Source: a virus. From it: DNA of 64,000 nucleotides. The position numbers and the translations under genes are program-made. Under the pieces are notes generated by a model, which worked only from the letters and a program-made list of their open reading frames with translations, was not told the origin of the DNA and ran no database searches. The stretch spans positions 1-64,000 of IMG/VR virus record IMGVR_UViG_3300050166_000039; one strand, 5' to 3'. Numbering within the stretch: position 1 is the first letter of the stretch; every line of letters starts with the position of its first letter. Shown one piece after another: positions 62,875 through 64,000 of this stretch.

Positions 62875-64000
62875 TGAATATGAAAATACCTTTATTCAAA
62901 GTTAATGTGTCTGAGGAGGCTATTAGTAGAGTCAGCGAGGTTCTACGAAGTGGCTTTATTGGGCAGGGTCAGGTTGTAAATGAATTTGAATCAGAGCTAT
63001 GCAACTACCTTGGCACCCAGAATGTTTTGACTCTGAATTCTGCGACGGCGGCGGAGCATTTAGCCCTACATCTTCTAAAAAAGAAGAGTGCTTGGTGGAC
63101 GGGAATGGAAGAAGGAGATGAGGTTCTCACAACACCCTTAACGTGCACTGCCACAAACTGGCCTATTCTCGCAAACGGATTCAATATTAAATGGGTAGAC
63201 ATTGATCCAGCTACGCTAAACATGGATCTCGATGATTTGGCAAGAAAAATAACAGCAAAAACCAAGGTGATTGTTGTAGTACATTGGGGTGGCTACCCGA
63301 TCGACCTAGATCGCTTAAAGCAGATTCAATTAAAGTGCTTTGATCTATACGGGTTTGAACCTATTATAATCGAAGACTGTGCACACGCAATGGGAGCTAA
63401 ATACGATGGCAAGTTAATAGGTTCACATGGAAATATTTGTACTTTTAGTTTACAGGCAATCAAGCACGTCACTTCGGGAGATGGCGGAATCTTAACCCTG
63501 CCTTATAAGCAGTGGTATGATAGAGCAAAGAAGTTAAGATGGTACGGTATTGACAGAGACAGTCCTCGTAGAGATTTTAGATGTGAACCAGACATTGAAG
63601 AATGGGGCTTTAAGTTTCACATGAACGATATTAATGCTGCCATTGGAGTTGAAAACTTTAAACAGAAAGATCAGATCATCGAGAGACACAAACAGAACGC
63701 AGCTTACTATGACAAGGAATTACATGAAGTTGCGGGTATCACGCTCTTAGAAAGAAATCATAGGGCAGAGGGTTCATTCTGGATTTATAGTCTACTAGTT
63801 GAAAACAGAGAAGCATTTCAATTACACATGGAAAAGAAAGGAATCTCAACCTCGCAGGTTCACCAACGAAATGATCAACACACATGTGTAAAAGAGTTTA
63901 GAACCATCTTGCCTAATCTCGACTCGGTTATAGATAAGATAATTTCGATCCCGGTAGGTTGGTGGGTTACGGATGAAGACAGGAAATATATCGTAAACTC
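62874..64000 (+). CDS. DegT/DnrJ/EryC1/StrS PLP-dependent sugar aminotransferase, 3'-truncated (not in ORF track)
   Basis: MNMKIPLFKV.., VHWGGYP, IEDCAHA, FSLQAIKHVTSGDGG (PLP lysine). Confidence 0.9.
   Translation, partial: MNMKIPLFKVNVSEEAISRVSEVLRSGFIGQGQVVNEFESELCNYLGTQNVLTLNSATAAEHLALHLLKKKSAWWTGMEEGDEVLTTPLTCTATNWPILANGFNIKWVDIDPATLNMDLDDLARKITAKTKVIVVVHWGGYPIDLDRLKQIQLKCFDLYGFEPIIIEDCAHAMGAKYDGKLIGSHGNICTFSLQAIKHVTSGDGGILTLPYKQWYDRAKKLRWYGIDRDSPRRDFRCEPDIEEWGFKFHMNDINAAIGVENFKQKDQIIERHKQNAAYYDKELHEVAGITLLERNHRAEGSFWIYSLLVENREAFQLHMEKKGISTSQVHQRNDQHTCVKEFRTILPNLDSVIDKIISIPVGWWVTDEDRKYIVN

Noticed and set aside
2266-63265. Short minus-strand ORFs
   Set aside because: Antisense shadows of well-supported + strand genes; only 59042-59632 has family motifs.

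Overview
A 64-kb, AT-rich, gene-dense segment of a large tailed phage genome, almost entirely + strand and using the standard code. The host is probably Bacteroidota (Bacteroidota-like SerRS and M42 peptidase, A-rich starts without Shine-Dalgarno motifs, a TAnnTTT-type promoter element). No core replication or head genes are present. It encodes NAD salvage, DNA repair (DenV, a NEIL1-like glycosylase), a large RNA-repair and tRNA-maintenance kit, an ECF sigma factor, ThyA, a sugar-modification cluster, lysis enzymes, about 21 conventional tRNAs and many tRNA-like or structured ncRNAs. Top candidate for a new system: a 30-codon leader peptide (48968-49060) with mutually exclusive antiterminator and terminator hairpins in front of the tRNA array. 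The peptide contains 19 of 20 amino acids, lacks only Ala (the one amino acid with no tRNA found here), and uses the Leu/Arg/Ser codon boxes served by the array. This suggests a general tRNA-shortage-sensing attenuator. Also notable: tRNA-scaffolded RNAs with variable payloads, a circularly permuted YrlA-like tRNA mimic, boxA-like sites before each tRNA unit, and two or three phage promoter classes. All calls were made by eye; no searches or folding programs were run.
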